Source: a virus. From it: a stretch of 64,000 bases of DNA. The DNA lies in the IMG/VR virus record IMGVR_UViG_3300020469_003886, positions 1 to 64,000 of that record. One strand, given 5' to 3'. The notes beneath the pieces are model-generated. The model was not told the DNA's origin, ran no database searches, and saw nothing but the letters and a program-made list of their open reading frames with translations. Positions 18,769 through 29,000 of this stretch are shown one piece after another (position 1 is the first letter of the stretch; each line of letters begins with the position of its first letter). The translations under genes and the position numbers were made by a program.

Positions 18769-19224
18769 TTATGCTTTTCTTATTGTAATACTTATCCTAG
18801 GTTCTTCCATATTTACAACTTGATGTGGTACTGCAATATTTATTTGGTACCATTGGTTAATATCTTCGTTAGTCCATGTCTTTTCATATATCATGTTATT
18901 TGGTTCATTAACATTATCCCACCAACGTGTTTTTACGTTTGAACCTCCTAGTGTAATTAAATAATTATATTTTGTTCCTATTATTCCAACATCTTCATGA
19001 ATTGGAAGATTTTGTCTCACAAGTTGATATCTTGTTTTAACAGGATAATCAAATTGCTGTTGACCCCACTCTTCTAAATTTTTTTGAGCAACATGACTTG
19101 AATAATGATCAGCATATTCTGGTTCAGGAAACACGTTTTCATATGATTCTATTTTTGCCAAATCATCTATCAAGTTTTGTGGAACTTGAGGAATATAATC
19201 TATTTTTTTACAAACTTTATTCAT
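18769..19224 (-). CDS. 2OG-Fe(II) oxygenase/cupin-like protein
   Basis: Start MNKVC after the tRNA; PIHED...PHQV...PRISI (HxD...H...RxS). Confidence 0.6.
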   Translation of the reverse strand: MNKVCKKIDYIPQVPQNLIDDLAKIESYENVFPEPEYADHYSSHVAQKNLEEWGQQQFDYPVKTRYQLVRQNLPIHEDVGIIGTKYNYLITLGGSNVKTRWWDNVNEPNNMIYEKTWTNEDINQWYQINIAVPHQVVNMEEPRISITIRKA

Positions 19225-19235
19225 TTTTTCTTTAC

Positions 19236-19311
19236 TGGTGCCGGCAGAGAGATTCGAACTCCCGACCTGACGATTACAAATCGCCTGCTCTACCAACTGA
19301 GCTACGCCGGC
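19236..19311 (-). tRNA. tRNA-Thr(TGT), CCA encoded
   Basis: Cloverleaf; anticodon loop TTTGTAA. Confidence 0.97.
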
Positions 19312-19330
19312 TCTGTTGTTATTTATTATA

Positions 19331-19352
19331 GAAGGGCACCGAAATGCCCTCC
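19331..19352 (-). terminator. GC-rich hairpin with TTCG loop
   Basis: GGAGGGCAT-TTCG-GTGCCCTTC. Confidence 0.65.
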
Positions 19353-19390
19353 TACTCGATATAGTTATTGTTGTTATTTGTAACGAGAGA

Positions 19391-19615
19391 TTACTTCTTG
19401 CCTCTGTTAGCGAGCCAATATATAACACCAATAGCAATTAATCCTACTACACCAGAATCACCAAGTGATCCAACTAGTGCAACAAGATTGCCGACAACGT
19501 CTGCTGGGAAAAACGGAACTGATCCGAATACCACCTGCAATACGATGCCAAGTAGTAAAAATGTTAATGCCAAGTCTGTAAGACCCGATAACACACTTTT
19601 AATTTTATCAAGCAT
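19391..19615 (-). CDS. 74-aa membrane protein (paralogue of 33988-34212)
   Basis: IVLQVVFG...DVVGN...GVVGLIA; AGGAGG SD. Confidence 0.8.
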   Translation of the reverse strand: MLDKIKSVLSGLTDLALTFLLLGIVLQVVFGSVPFFPADVVGNLVALVGSLGDSGVVGLIAIGVIYWLANRGKK

Positions 19616-19663
19616 AATGTTTCCTCCTTATGAATGATTGAACATTCTCTTGATCATTTAAAC

Positions 19664-19692
19664 AGTGTACTATTGATTATTTAAAATGTCAA
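19664..19692 (-). promoter_or_regulatory. sigma70-type promoter
   Basis: TTGACA-N17-TACACT. Confidence 0.7.
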
Positions 19693-19712
19693 CTATAAAA
19701 AGTTATGTTTTG

Positions 19713-20816
19713 TTAAAAATTTTGATGAGCAAATTTTAGATCTGGCCTTGACTCTAATGATTGTCCACATTTCTGGGCACATCTATGCAGTTTTGGATTA
19801 TTTTCGTCTTGCAATGTTTGGCCAAAACTATCCACAAGATTTTTTCCATACCATTCATTTTTTAATATTTGTTGTAATGAATGTGTGTTTACGTTGATAA
19901 ATTCTCTGCCATATTTTTTATATGTTTTAAAAATAAAGTCATTTGCTTCAGATCTTTTTGTCATATAAACACGTTGATACGTATAACAACAAGGAAATAT
20001 GTCTCCATTGGTAGCAAAGAACACTGCATTTTTTAAATTAGACCATTCGCAGTTTACTTTTTTGGCATTAAATTTTTCTAACATATTTTTCTTTTGTGTT
20101 TGCCAATCATGTGTTATCGAATGAGAACTGTTGTATTCTGTATCTTTAAATTTAGAAGGAACTTGAAACGTTTTTAAACTGTCATTAGGTTCTAATTCTC
20201 TACCACCGTTATTAGGTGAAACTGTAAAAGTAGCAAATTTCATTTTCTTAGCCAAATCTCTTGCTTGATCAATTTGATGTTTATTGTGTTCAAATTTAAT
20301 CATTTTCCAATGTGCTTTTCCGCCAGCATCAATAAATGCTTGAGCATTTTCAATAATTTTATCCCACTTGGTCATTCTTCTGTATAGATGATTCGTATCT
20401 TCTAGTCCATCAATTGAAAAAGCAATATAATTTTCTTCGTTAAAACTCATTAACTTACCAAGATCTTTCCAATAGTTAGGTGTTCTTAGACTTGCATTTG
20501 TGTTAGCACTAACAATAATTTTAGGATTCTTTTTTGCAATCCATTCAACTGTATCTAAAAAAATGCTACTTGCTAATGGATCACCAAACACAGGTGTGTG
20601 ATCAATTCTATAAACTTTTGACAAAGACCATTTATCAAACATTTTTTCCCATGTTTCAAACTTCATGTCTGCTTCAAAAGGCATATAAGGATTTAAGTAT
20701 TGTCCTTTTGCTCGATTTTCATCAACTCTAGCACACATAGGACACATGGCATTACATTTAGTTGTAAGTTCTACCTGTATTTCTATTGGCTTGTCTAAAT
20801 TAAGATATGATGTCAT
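19713..20816 (-). CDS. radical SAM protein with C-terminal SPASM/twitch domain
   Basis: CNAMCPMC; SIDG; GDIFPCC...CAQKCG. Confidence 0.9.
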   Translation of the reverse strand: MTSYLNLDKPIEIQVELTTKCNAMCPMCARVDENRAKGQYLNPYMPFEADMKFETWEKMFDKWSLSKVYRIDHTPVFGDPLASSIFLDTVEWIAKKNPKIIVSANTNASLRTPNYWKDLGKLMSFNEENYIAFSIDGLEDTNHLYRRMTKWDKIIENAQAFIDAGGKAHWKMIKFEHNKHQIDQARDLAKKMKFATFTVSPNNGGRELEPNDSLKTFQVPSKFKDTEYNSSHSITHDWQTQKKNMLEKFNAKKVNCEWSNLKNAVFFATNGDIFPCCYTYQRVYMTKRSEANDFIFKTYKKYGREFINVNTHSLQQILKNEWYGKNLVDSFGQTLQDENNPKLHRCAQKCGQSLESRPDLKFAHQNF

Positions 20817-22329
20817 CTGCTTGGTTGACCCAAGTTTTAAATTTTTTTTGTGCTGTTATTGTGTGTTCTTCTCTCAAACCTTTTCTTACCATGCCCATTA
20901 CACTTGGTTTGGTAATAATTTTTGCTAGTTTCATTACAACTTCAATTACATCATCTTTGTAACTGATTGGTAAATCTTTGCCTTTTGCAAGTGTACGCAT
21001 AGCAGTTTTAAATCTTGCTACTCTGTTCTTTGGTACCATACCTTCTCTTGCCAACATATCAAGTTTTGATAAATCTGTTTGCGAAAGTGATTCTGCCAAT
21101 GCTCTTTGCAACATGGTTGTTTTGCTAGGTTGTGTTAGTGCTCTTGCTACCTTTTTCATTATTGGTGTAATAACTTGTTGTAAATTTGGATTGACTGGTT
21201 TTCCTGATGCCATTGTTTTAATAGCTCTCAATGCCGGCGATGGTTCAACCTCTGGAGCAATCTTTTTCAATAAACTCATTTGTACTTTTAGGTCATTACT
21301 TTTTGCGTCAGTTTGATCATTTGAACCAGGTTGAGTGTTAGGTGTAGTATTCTGTTGTGTATCACCAGCCGCTCCTGATTTGTCTTTGGCATATTGTGTT
21401 TTTACTGCTTGTAAAACTTTATTTTGATCTAACTCGCCTGGTTGCTGAACTGCTCCTGCAACATCAACTTTATAATTTTTTTCAAACCAATTTATAACTT
21501 GTTCATCATTTGGATCAGATGCTTTAAACTGTTGAAACTTTTGCCAAACTTTATTTGCAACATCGCCAATTGCTTTTTCACCTTTGGCTTGCTGTCCCAT
21601 ATCTCCTAAACCTGGCACAACACCAGCAACACGTTTTGCTGTGTTCATTGCTTTCTTAACTGCACCAAAAGGTGCTTCTTCTACATCAGTTGATTCACCA
21701 TAACCTTTTTTAAATGCTTGACCAACTGTCATAGTGCTGTTGCTACCAGTATTGTCTGATTTATCAGTATTGTTTGATTGTTTTTTTTGTAATTTAGGTT
21801 TTTCAATTTTGTTACTAATATTTTTTAATTTTGATGGTGTGTTTGGCTTAACTGTTTTTTTCTGTAAAGGATTAACCTGTTTAAGTAAATTTAAATCGTC
21901 AATTCTATCTACAATCCATTCATCTGGCATACCTGTTCTTGCCTTCATAACACCATATGGCATTTCGCCTGAATCCATGTAGTAACCAAATAATTCATCA
22001 TACACTTTGGATCCATATTCAATATCATCTGTGCTTTTAATATTGTATTTGGTTAATATTGCTTTGATTGTGTTATATTCAGTTGATTCATTTAAATCTT
22101 TTTTCATTTGTTCTTTTGATTTGCTGTATTTCTTTTGAAACTCTTGATCTGATAATGTTTTAATATCAGCATCTATGTCTGACATTCTGCCTTCATTTTT
22201 GTTAGGCTTACCATGTTTGTTGTGTTGAGCCCATGCAATGGCATATGGTGCACCTGGATCATCAAACTTCTTTTTTAGTTTTTTAACTTGTTTTTCTCTT
22301 CCTGGTGGTGCTATTTCGCTAAATTTCAT
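20800..22329 (-). CDS. modular putative internal head (poly)protein
   Basis: MKFSE start; unrelated modules separated by NE/VEE/LAE sites; TAAATA upstream. Confidence 0.65.
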   Translation of the reverse strand: MKFSEIAPPGREKQVKKLKKKFDDPGAPYAIAWAQHNKHGKPNKNEGRMSDIDADIKTLSDQEFQKKYSKSKEQMKKDLNESTEYNTIKAILTKYNIKSTDDIEYGSKVYDELFGYYMDSGEMPYGVMKARTGMPDEWIVDRIDDLNLLKQVNPLQKKTVKPNTPSKLKNISNKIEKPKLQKKQSNNTDKSDNTGSNSTMTVGQAFKKGYGESTDVEEAPFGAVKKAMNTAKRVAGVVPGLGDMGQQAKGEKAIGDVANKVWQKFQQFKASDPNDEQVINWFEKNYKVDVAGAVQQPGELDQNKVLQAVKTQYAKDKSGAAGDTQQNTTPNTQPGSNDQTDAKSNDLKVQMSLLKKIAPEVEPSPALRAIKTMASGKPVNPNLQQVITPIMKKVARALTQPSKTTMLQRALAESLSQTDLSKLDMLAREGMVPKNRVARFKTAMRTLAKGKDLPISYKDDVIEVVMKLAKIITKPSVMGMVRKGLREEHTITAQKKFKTWVNQADDIIS

Positions 22330-22349
22330 TGTGTACTCCTACTTTATAT

Positions 22350-22601
22350 TTATCGCTTTAACATAGGATATATATCTTTTACTTTGGTTCTATATGCTAG
22401 TGTATCTGCACTATACCCCATTTGTGCTATGTCTTTGCGTTTTTTACGTGCATTTTTAAAAATTTTACCAAATGGATCAACTGCTTTGATTGCCTGTGCG
22501 TGTGTAGTACCAGGTGTCACTGGAAAAGCAAGTGTGGCTATATTACCACTTGCTGTTGACCCTGCTGTTGCATCTTCTGTGATGATATCTATAATACGCA
22601 T
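22350..22601 (-). CDS. putative internal head protein
   Basis: MRIIDIITE N-terminus; TATAAATA 5 nt upstream. Confidence 0.65.
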   Translation of the reverse strand: MRIIDIITEDATAGSTASGNIATLAFPVTPGTTHAQAIKAVDPFGKIFKNARKKRKDIAQMGYSADTLAYRTKVKDIYPMLKR

Positions 22602-22606
22602 AACAT

Positions 22607-22614
22607 TATTTATA
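22607..22614 (-). promoter_or_regulatory. T4-type late promoter
   Basis: Exact TATAAATA. Confidence 0.65.
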
Positions 22615-23869
22615 GTTTTATTGAATCTAAGAACTCTATCAGTTGTGGATCTAAATGATTGCTGTATGACTGTTTTCTGTTTATATCAAAATTAACTATT
22701 TCTGACTTCATTTTTTTCCATATTTTCATTTTATCTGTGTCATCTATTTGAATTGCATTTTTTAGATATTGCTTAACTTCATTTAAACTTGAATCATGCA
22801 AGGTGTTTAGTTTATCTAATTGTGATTTGATGATATAATTTGGTAGCCATTTTACTGCTAAAGGACCTTCGTACGGATGAACAAAATCAAAAGAATAGTA
22901 TATGGTTTTACCTACTATTCCTTTATAAAATTCTTTATAGTAGTTAATATAATCATATACGTTGTGCAGATTATAAACTGATAAAACAAATGCGTGAGAT
23001 ATATCTTCACAATTTACATCTGAATTAATAAAGTTTGTTATGCTTTTTTGTAATTTATTGAATGGCATTGGATATCTAATGTATTCATATGTTTGATTAA
23101 TTCCATCGATACTAAACACTGGAGAAAAAACTCTAAACTTTTTAATTTTTTCTAAAACTTCATTTGTAAATTTTGTTGCATTAGTAATTACTTGCAGATC
23201 AATATGATGTGCATTGTCTGTTTCTATTGCATAATCTAAAAATTCTTTAAATCTTTTGCTGACAAAAACTTCTCCTCCTGTGAATTTGATGTGTTCACAA
23301 GTGTCTAAATTATCTAATAGATATTTCCATTCATATTCATCAGCAGTGTTTAATTTATTAGTATCTGTAAATTGATCCCACCCTGTTGGTAATTCTACAT
23401 CTCTATCTTTAAACATTCTAAAATCTTTTCGTAACTTATCGCTAATCCATGGAGCACACATTCTACATCTTAAATTACATTCATTACTTACTTGTATATC
23501 ATATGATGTTACTTGAAGATTACTAATTGATTTTGCGTGTATCTCTCCATTGGGTGAATAACGCAAACGATCACTTGATCCTGTTTCTGCTTCTCTTTGC
23601 CAACATGATTTACATGCAGGATTTTTTATATTGTTCAATGCATCACTTCTTAACTTTTTAAAAGTTGAATGATCAAAAATATTTTTAATTTTATTGCCTG
23701 GAGAGCTTTCTATTTCATGTTTCCATGATTCCCAACCCATAGGGTCATTTTGTGTGTTTTGAGAAACACAACAAGGAGCCGGTACACTAATTTTACCATT
23801 TTGCCATTCTTTAATTGCAAGTCTATGAAATGGATACCAACAAAATGTATTATCCTTAGCGGGCTTCAT
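22610..23869 (-). CDS. radical SAM protein with N-terminal SPASM/twitch domain
   Basis: FCWYPF...PCC...CKSC, then CNLRCRMC and FTGGE. Confidence 0.9.
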   Translation of the reverse strand: MKPAKDNTFCWYPFHRLAIKEWQNGKISVPAPCCVSQNTQNDPMGWESWKHEIESSPGNKIKNIFDHSTFKKLRSDALNNIKNPACKSCWQREAETGSSDRLRYSPNGEIHAKSISNLQVTSYDIQVSNECNLRCRMCAPWISDKLRKDFRMFKDRDVELPTGWDQFTDTNKLNTADEYEWKYLLDNLDTCEHIKFTGGEVFVSKRFKEFLDYAIETDNAHHIDLQVITNATKFTNEVLEKIKKFRVFSPVFSIDGINQTYEYIRYPMPFNKLQKSITNFINSDVNCEDISHAFVLSVYNLHNVYDYINYYKEFYKGIVGKTIYYSFDFVHPYEGPLAVKWLPNYIIKSQLDKLNTLHDSSLNEVKQYLKNAIQIDDTDKMKIWKKMKSEIVNFDINRKQSYSNHLDPQLIEFLDSIKL

Positions 23870-23882
23870 TAGAAGTTATCCT

Positions 23883-24683
23883 TTATTTCTTTTTTCCTGA
23901 TTTCATATTAGCACACCAGTGATACATTTTTGCACGTTCACCTGATGCTTTTTTAGCCTTTGCTCTTAAACTTGTGACTGATCCTTTGCAACTGGCGCCT
24001 GAACGTTTAACACGTCCTGGTCTGCTTTTGCCTTTTTTCTTGCCATCAGCAAAATTTTCGTTTGTTTCTGTTCCTGTATAGTATGGTGTTCTTTTCATCC
24101 ATACTTCGTATTCTCGTTTATACCATTCACCATCATCGTCTTCTGCATTGTGTACCAATTCAATTAGGTTGGTAAAATTAAGTATAGCATCTCCTGGGTT
24201 AAAATTTTTTTCTACTAATTCAAAGTCATCTTTTTTAAAACCCATATTTCCTTGCATCATACTCTGAACAAAGTTTTTTGCACCTTTTATATTATAAGCA
24301 AATGGAATGAATACGTCATCAGTTGGAGCACTGCTTTTATCTTTTTTCTCGTATCTGTATAGTTTTGTTATTCCAGAATAATCAGTAAAGGACGGATGAT
24401 CGTTTTTTATTTTAATGATATCGCTTATAGTATTGTCCAATATAGCATTAGATTCATAATAATCTCTTACAGCATCTATAATATCATACCAGCCATCTTC
24501 GCCATACTTCTTAATCATAGCCTTCTGCCATTGTGCTAGGGATTGAGTCTTTTCAGTTATACTTTCTTTTTTCTTTTTTTTGCCGGCACAGTGGGCTTTT
24601 TGTGAGAAACCTTTTGGGTTACTACAATTAATTGAGCTTTTATATTTTTTGCTCCACTTTTCTGTTAGTTCTATGTATCTCAT
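23883..24683 (-). CDS. modular protein: 2-Cys basic peptide + ART-like domain + 2-Cys basic peptide
   Basis: MRYIELTE|KWS...SITE|...LYR...EYEV...TNE|NFADG. Confidence 0.65.
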   Translation of the reverse strand: MRYIELTEKWSKKYKSSINCSNPKGFSQKAHCAGKKKKKESITEKTQSLAQWQKAMIKKYGEDGWYDIIDAVRDYYESNAILDNTISDIIKIKNDHPSFTDYSGITKLYRYEKKDKSSAPTDDVFIPFAYNIKGAKNFVQSMMQGNMGFKKDDFELVEKNFNPGDAILNFTNLIELVHNAEDDDGEWYKREYEVWMKRTPYYTGTETNENFADGKKKGKSRPGRVKRSGASCKGSVTSLRAKAKKASGERAKMYHWCANMKSGKKK

Positions 24684-25084
24684 TTTTTATACTTGTTGCT
24701 AACATTCTTTGCCTTGCCGCTTCTATTTGCGTTTGTGTCTTTTCTACGTTTTCTATTAACTGCTTGAGCTATTGCTTTCTTGCCACCTTTGGATCTCAAT
24801 GATGATGCTCTGGCTTTTGATAGACATTTTGGTTTGCCTTCACCTTTTTTACGATCACCACACTTACCAATTCTTTCGCCTTTGGTGTTGTAACGATCCC
24901 AGCCACCGCCGCCGGCGCCACCTTTTTTGCCTTTACCAAACCAAGCACGTAGATCTTCTTCAACATCTTGCTGTGATTCAACTTTACGACAATCAGGTAC
25001 ACGTTTGCCAAACATCATTTTAGTGCCGTGCTTTTTGTAGCCCTTCCAACAACGTGTGCCTTCTAATAACTCAATTAATCTCAT
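24680..25084 (-). CDS. modular protein with two 2-Cys basic peptides
   Basis: MRLIELLE|GTRCWKGY...VEE|DLRAWF. Confidence 0.7.
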   Translation of the reverse strand: MRLIELLEGTRCWKGYKKHGTKMMFGKRVPDCRKVESQQDVEEDLRAWFGKGKKGGAGGGGWDRYNTKGERIGKCGDRKKGEGKPKCLSKARASSLRSKGGKKAIAQAVNRKRRKDTNANRSGKAKNVSNKYKK

Positions 25085-25425
25085 TACTTCTTACTCTTGT
25101 TGCCCCAGTTCTTTGCACCAACTTTTCTGCATCTTACCAATGCACCGCTGGCATAGGCTGAGGGCCATACTTTGTATCTTGATTTTACTTTGTGATAACA
25201 AGCATCTTGTTTTTCAGCCAATATGTCAAACTCTTCTTCAGTCATCATTTGTTGTGATTCAACAAATACTGATACCATATCGTCGCCGTTGTTGAGTCCA
25301 CCTTTTTTAACTTTTACATTTGCTTTGCCGTATTCTTTTTCGGCTTCTGCTGGAGACATACTAGTTTGTTTCCAACGCTTTTCTGCTTCTGTAATTGACT
25401 TACTTTTAAGTTCATCTATTCTCAT
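25084..25425 (-). CDS. modular protein ending in a 2-Cys basic peptide
   Basis: MRIDEL...SITE|AEK...ILAE|KQDACYHKVK. Confidence 0.7.
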   Translation of the reverse strand: MRIDELKSKSITEAEKRWKQTSMSPAEAEKEYGKANVKVKKGGLNNGDDMVSVFVESQQMMTEEEFDILAEKQDACYHKVKSRYKVWPSAYASGALVRCRKVGAKNWGNKSKK

Positions 25426-26066
25426 TTGCCCATCCTTATATTAATTTGATTCCAATCAATGATTGTCATCATTGCTTTAATATATTTACCCTTGGCATCT
25501 TTTGCAGGAATATAATCTGTAAAAGAGTGTTCCCACATGTCAATTGGCATTAATATATCTGTCTTGTATGATTGATTTGGTGTTGTTTTAAGTTCACCTG
25601 ACTTACTCAAGTATACCCAACCTGAACCTTGTATGGTCATTGCTGTCTTAATCATTTCATCAACAAATGAACTCATGTCTCCAAATCTGTGTTCAATTAA
25701 TTCTTTAATGGCACCATCTGGTTTTGAACCATCTGCTTTTTGTAATTGTTCCCAAAATAAATTGTGTAGCATAGCACCACCATAATTAAAATCTGGATCA
25801 CCTTCTTTGTTGTTGTATCTAGTTACATATCCGTTTGATAATATATTGTAGTGATATTCTACATTGTCTTTAGATAGCACTGGTGCTAAATCTTTTGTTT
25901 CATAAGCCAACTTTTTTAATTCTAGTTTTTGTGGTTTTGACTCGTTCATAGATAGTTTCATCCTTTCGTGATGTCTTCGTGCAAACTCTTTGCGAGGATT
26001 TGGCATTTGTATAAAATGCGGATTCTCGCCAATGCCTGCCAATTGTTTTAATCTTGCTATATCCAC
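25422..26066 (-). CDS. sod: Mn/Fe superoxide dismutase with N-terminal extension (probable GTG start)
   Basis: YHY, NYGGAMLHNLFW, QGSGW, PNQ, DMWEH; N-terminal DIARLKQLAGI...SMNE. Confidence 0.88.
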   Translation of the reverse strand: MDIARLKQLAGIGENPHFIQMPNPRKEFARRHHERMKLSMNESKPQKLELKKLAYETKDLAPVLSKDNVEYHYNILSNGYVTRYNNKEGDPDFNYGGAMLHNLFWEQLQKADGSKPDGAIKELIEHRFGDMSSFVDEMIKTAMTIQGSGWVYLSKSGELKTTPNQSYKTDILMPIDMWEHSFTDYIPAKDAKGKYIKAMMTIIDWNQINIRMGK

Positions 26067-26067
26067 T

Positions 26068-29000
26068 TTACACACTTCTCCAATGGAAACTTGCTGTTTG
26101 TGGATCATTAGTAATTGATAATGAAGCCGCTTGTACGTGTCTTGTACCTATTTGATTTACAAACTCTTCAGGTGTTCCTGTAATACTAAATGATCGTTTA
26201 CCTGTGTCAACTGTCATAATAGTTTCTACACCGTCTGATAATTTATAACTTACAAGTTGTACATACGTAATTAAATTTCTAAATCTATTAAAATTAATTG
26301 GTCCACCTTCTGTGCCTGGCTGTATTGCATTATCAATCATTTTTTTAATATTTGTTTGTGCTTGTTTGTAAACTTCATCATAGTTTGTAACTAATGCTTG
26401 TAATACACCAACAACATATTGATTTAGTTTTTCATTATCAAATGTTGCTAATTTTTTATTTAGAGTTGCTAGATATTTTTCACTAATAGTGTATGATTTC
26501 TTTTCTAAGTCATCAACAGTTATTCCAAGATCAGCATATAATCTTTTCATGTTAGCCAATGCACCTTTACCATCTTGTATTGCTGTTCCGTTTAATCTAG
26601 CACCACTGCCTTTGGCTTGTGATCCTGACTTAACTTCTACCCCTAGTGTTTTTCCATCTGGCATAGTAACTGCAAGGTCACCTTTTACTCCACCAGTACC
26701 TGTTGATACCGGGGATCCAATTGCACTTAATAAAATTTCTGCTGGGCCTAATGCTCCGCCTGTACCTGCTTCACCTTTATAATTAATTAAATCATTAACT
26801 ACAATGTCATAAACGTCTTTGTGCTTTTTAACAAACTGATCAATTGTACCTTGTTTTGCTTTAACCATTGCTGGCATATCAACAACATTACCAGCTACAC
26901 AATCTTTAACAAAATTTATAACTTGTTGTTCAGTAAGTGCATTTTTAAAATAAACATAATTGAAAAATAAAGAAAAAAGTCCTTGTGTTAATTTTTCTTT
27001 AGCCATTTCTGCATTTGCTTGAACTTTCTTTTGTTTTGAATCGTATTTTCCGCCTGGATCAGGATCTTGATAATTTGCTACTTTTCTTGCTAGTAATTCA
27101 ATTTCTGAATTTAGCCTTTTAATATTATTTGTTGACTTTGCTTTTTCTTCTTCTTGACCTTTACCATACTGTTCTTTACCGTATGCTTTTTTCTCTTTAT
27201 CAACATTAACTTGAAGTTCTTTCAAAGTAATTATTAATTGATTTTTTAACTGTCCATCTGGTAGTGTTTCAATTTGATCTGCAATTGTTTTAAAATTTTG
27301 TAAAGTTGCACTAACCACTGCTGGTGAAATTGATTGTCCTGCAACTGCTGTGTCCATTTCAGGTTCTTCTGCTACTTGTTCTTGCCCTGTTGCCTTAGAC
27401 AGCAGTGCTTTAAGTTTTTGAATTCCTTGTTGTACTATTCCAACTGTTTCTGGATTTGCTTTTACTTTATTTTCTATATCATTAACAGTTCTTTCAATAT
27501 TTTGATTTTGCGGTGATGGTGCCTCAAGTATACCGTGCTTGATCAACAGTTGTTCTAACTGTTCTTTAACAGGCAACATGTAGTGATTTTTTCTACCTTT
27601 GGTCAAGTATGAAAGTGTACGCCAAGTTTTAAACCAATCTTCTGTGCCTGGTTTTGATGTTGCTTTCATTTTTTGCCACATTTTTGTACCAGGATGTGAT
27701 AGCAAACTCATTTCGCCGCCGTCATTTTGATATGGTACTTCTGATGCTACTTCACGTGTTGCTTTAAGCATTTTGCCAATACCTTTTTTAACTTCTTGTA
27801 AATCTATCTGTTGTTGTAGTGTTAAGTCTTTGTTTGAACCATTGATTCTAATCAATGCTTCTTGCATACGTTTTACACGTCTTAAATTCTTTGGTGCCAT
27901 AATAGGTGGTACTCCGTCTTTGGTTACTTTGAATCCAAATTTGGCTGACTGTTTTTTGATTGCATCAACTCCAACATCGTGTGTGGTGTTTATGCCCTTG
28001 ACAACTCTGCCACCATGTTCTGTTAAATTATTTTTTTCTTTGAAGTCTTTTATACTGTTTTGTACTTTTGACAATGGATCTTCATCTGCTTGATACTTAA
28101 CACCATAGCCTCCACGTTGTAACCAACCTTGAATATTTTTGCCTCTGTCATCAATCAATATATTTTGTGTGCCATCTGCCTGCACAGCATATGAATCTTT
28201 TCTACCTACCACAATAATTTCATCTGGTTGTATTCCAAGTTCTCTTTTGATCCATTTGATCTTTTGTACTTTTGAATTTTCGTGATCGCCTCTCAATGGA
28301 GATGATAATATTTTGTAACTACCAAATTCTTTCACAACCATTTGTATCAATTTGTCGGTAGTTGGAAACTTTGGTAATCTATCAAAAAAATCTGTGCCAA
28401 TCATTTTATCTAGTGTTGGGTCTGTTTTAGCAGGTGGAATATCTTTGTAATTTCCTGTAGTTACTCCTGCAAGTTTGGCATACTCGGCAAAAAAGTTTGC
28501 AAGTACTCCATCCATATCAACATAAGCAATTGGTTTGCCTTGTGGTGCTTCGTCCATATCAAATGATTTACTTTTGTGTTTTGCATAACCTCTTTTGTCT
28601 AGTGCTTTTTTATCTTTGTGTGATCCAGCCGCTCCACTTTTTCTAATGGCTTCCATATCTTTCCAATTTGGATCACGTGATTTGATATCTGGCTTCTTTG
28701 GCATTTTTGGTTTGTTTGCCATTTCTGATGTGTTATTTGATTTTTCTAAACTTTTTCTAATTATTTCAATTCTTTTTCCTGCTTCGCCTGTTCTTGATTG
28801 GATTTCATCATCTGTTTTGCCTTTTTTAATTAGTTTGATGATAAGCTCTTTTGTCATTGTTGCATAATTTTCTTGTACTTGTTCTTGAATTCCCATACCT
28901 TGTCTTACTTTTGTGTATAATTGTTGTTTTAATTTTTCGCCCCCGTCAATGGTTTGTGAAAATGTTTTAAAGTCACCTGCTTTTGCAAGTGCTCTTGCCT

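Noticed and set aside
19225-19437. N-terminal extension of ORF 18769-19437
   Set aside because: It runs through tRNA-Thr, a hairpin and the upstream gene; the ATG at 19224 is more plausible
24796-25011. Nested minus-strand ORFs (also 47159-47347)
   Set aside because: Alternative-frame ORFs inside stronger genes, with no independent support
26060-26108. Programmed frameshift fusing the 1.1-kaa protein to SOD
   Set aside because: The apparent overlap disappears with a GTG start at 26066, and no slippery site is evident
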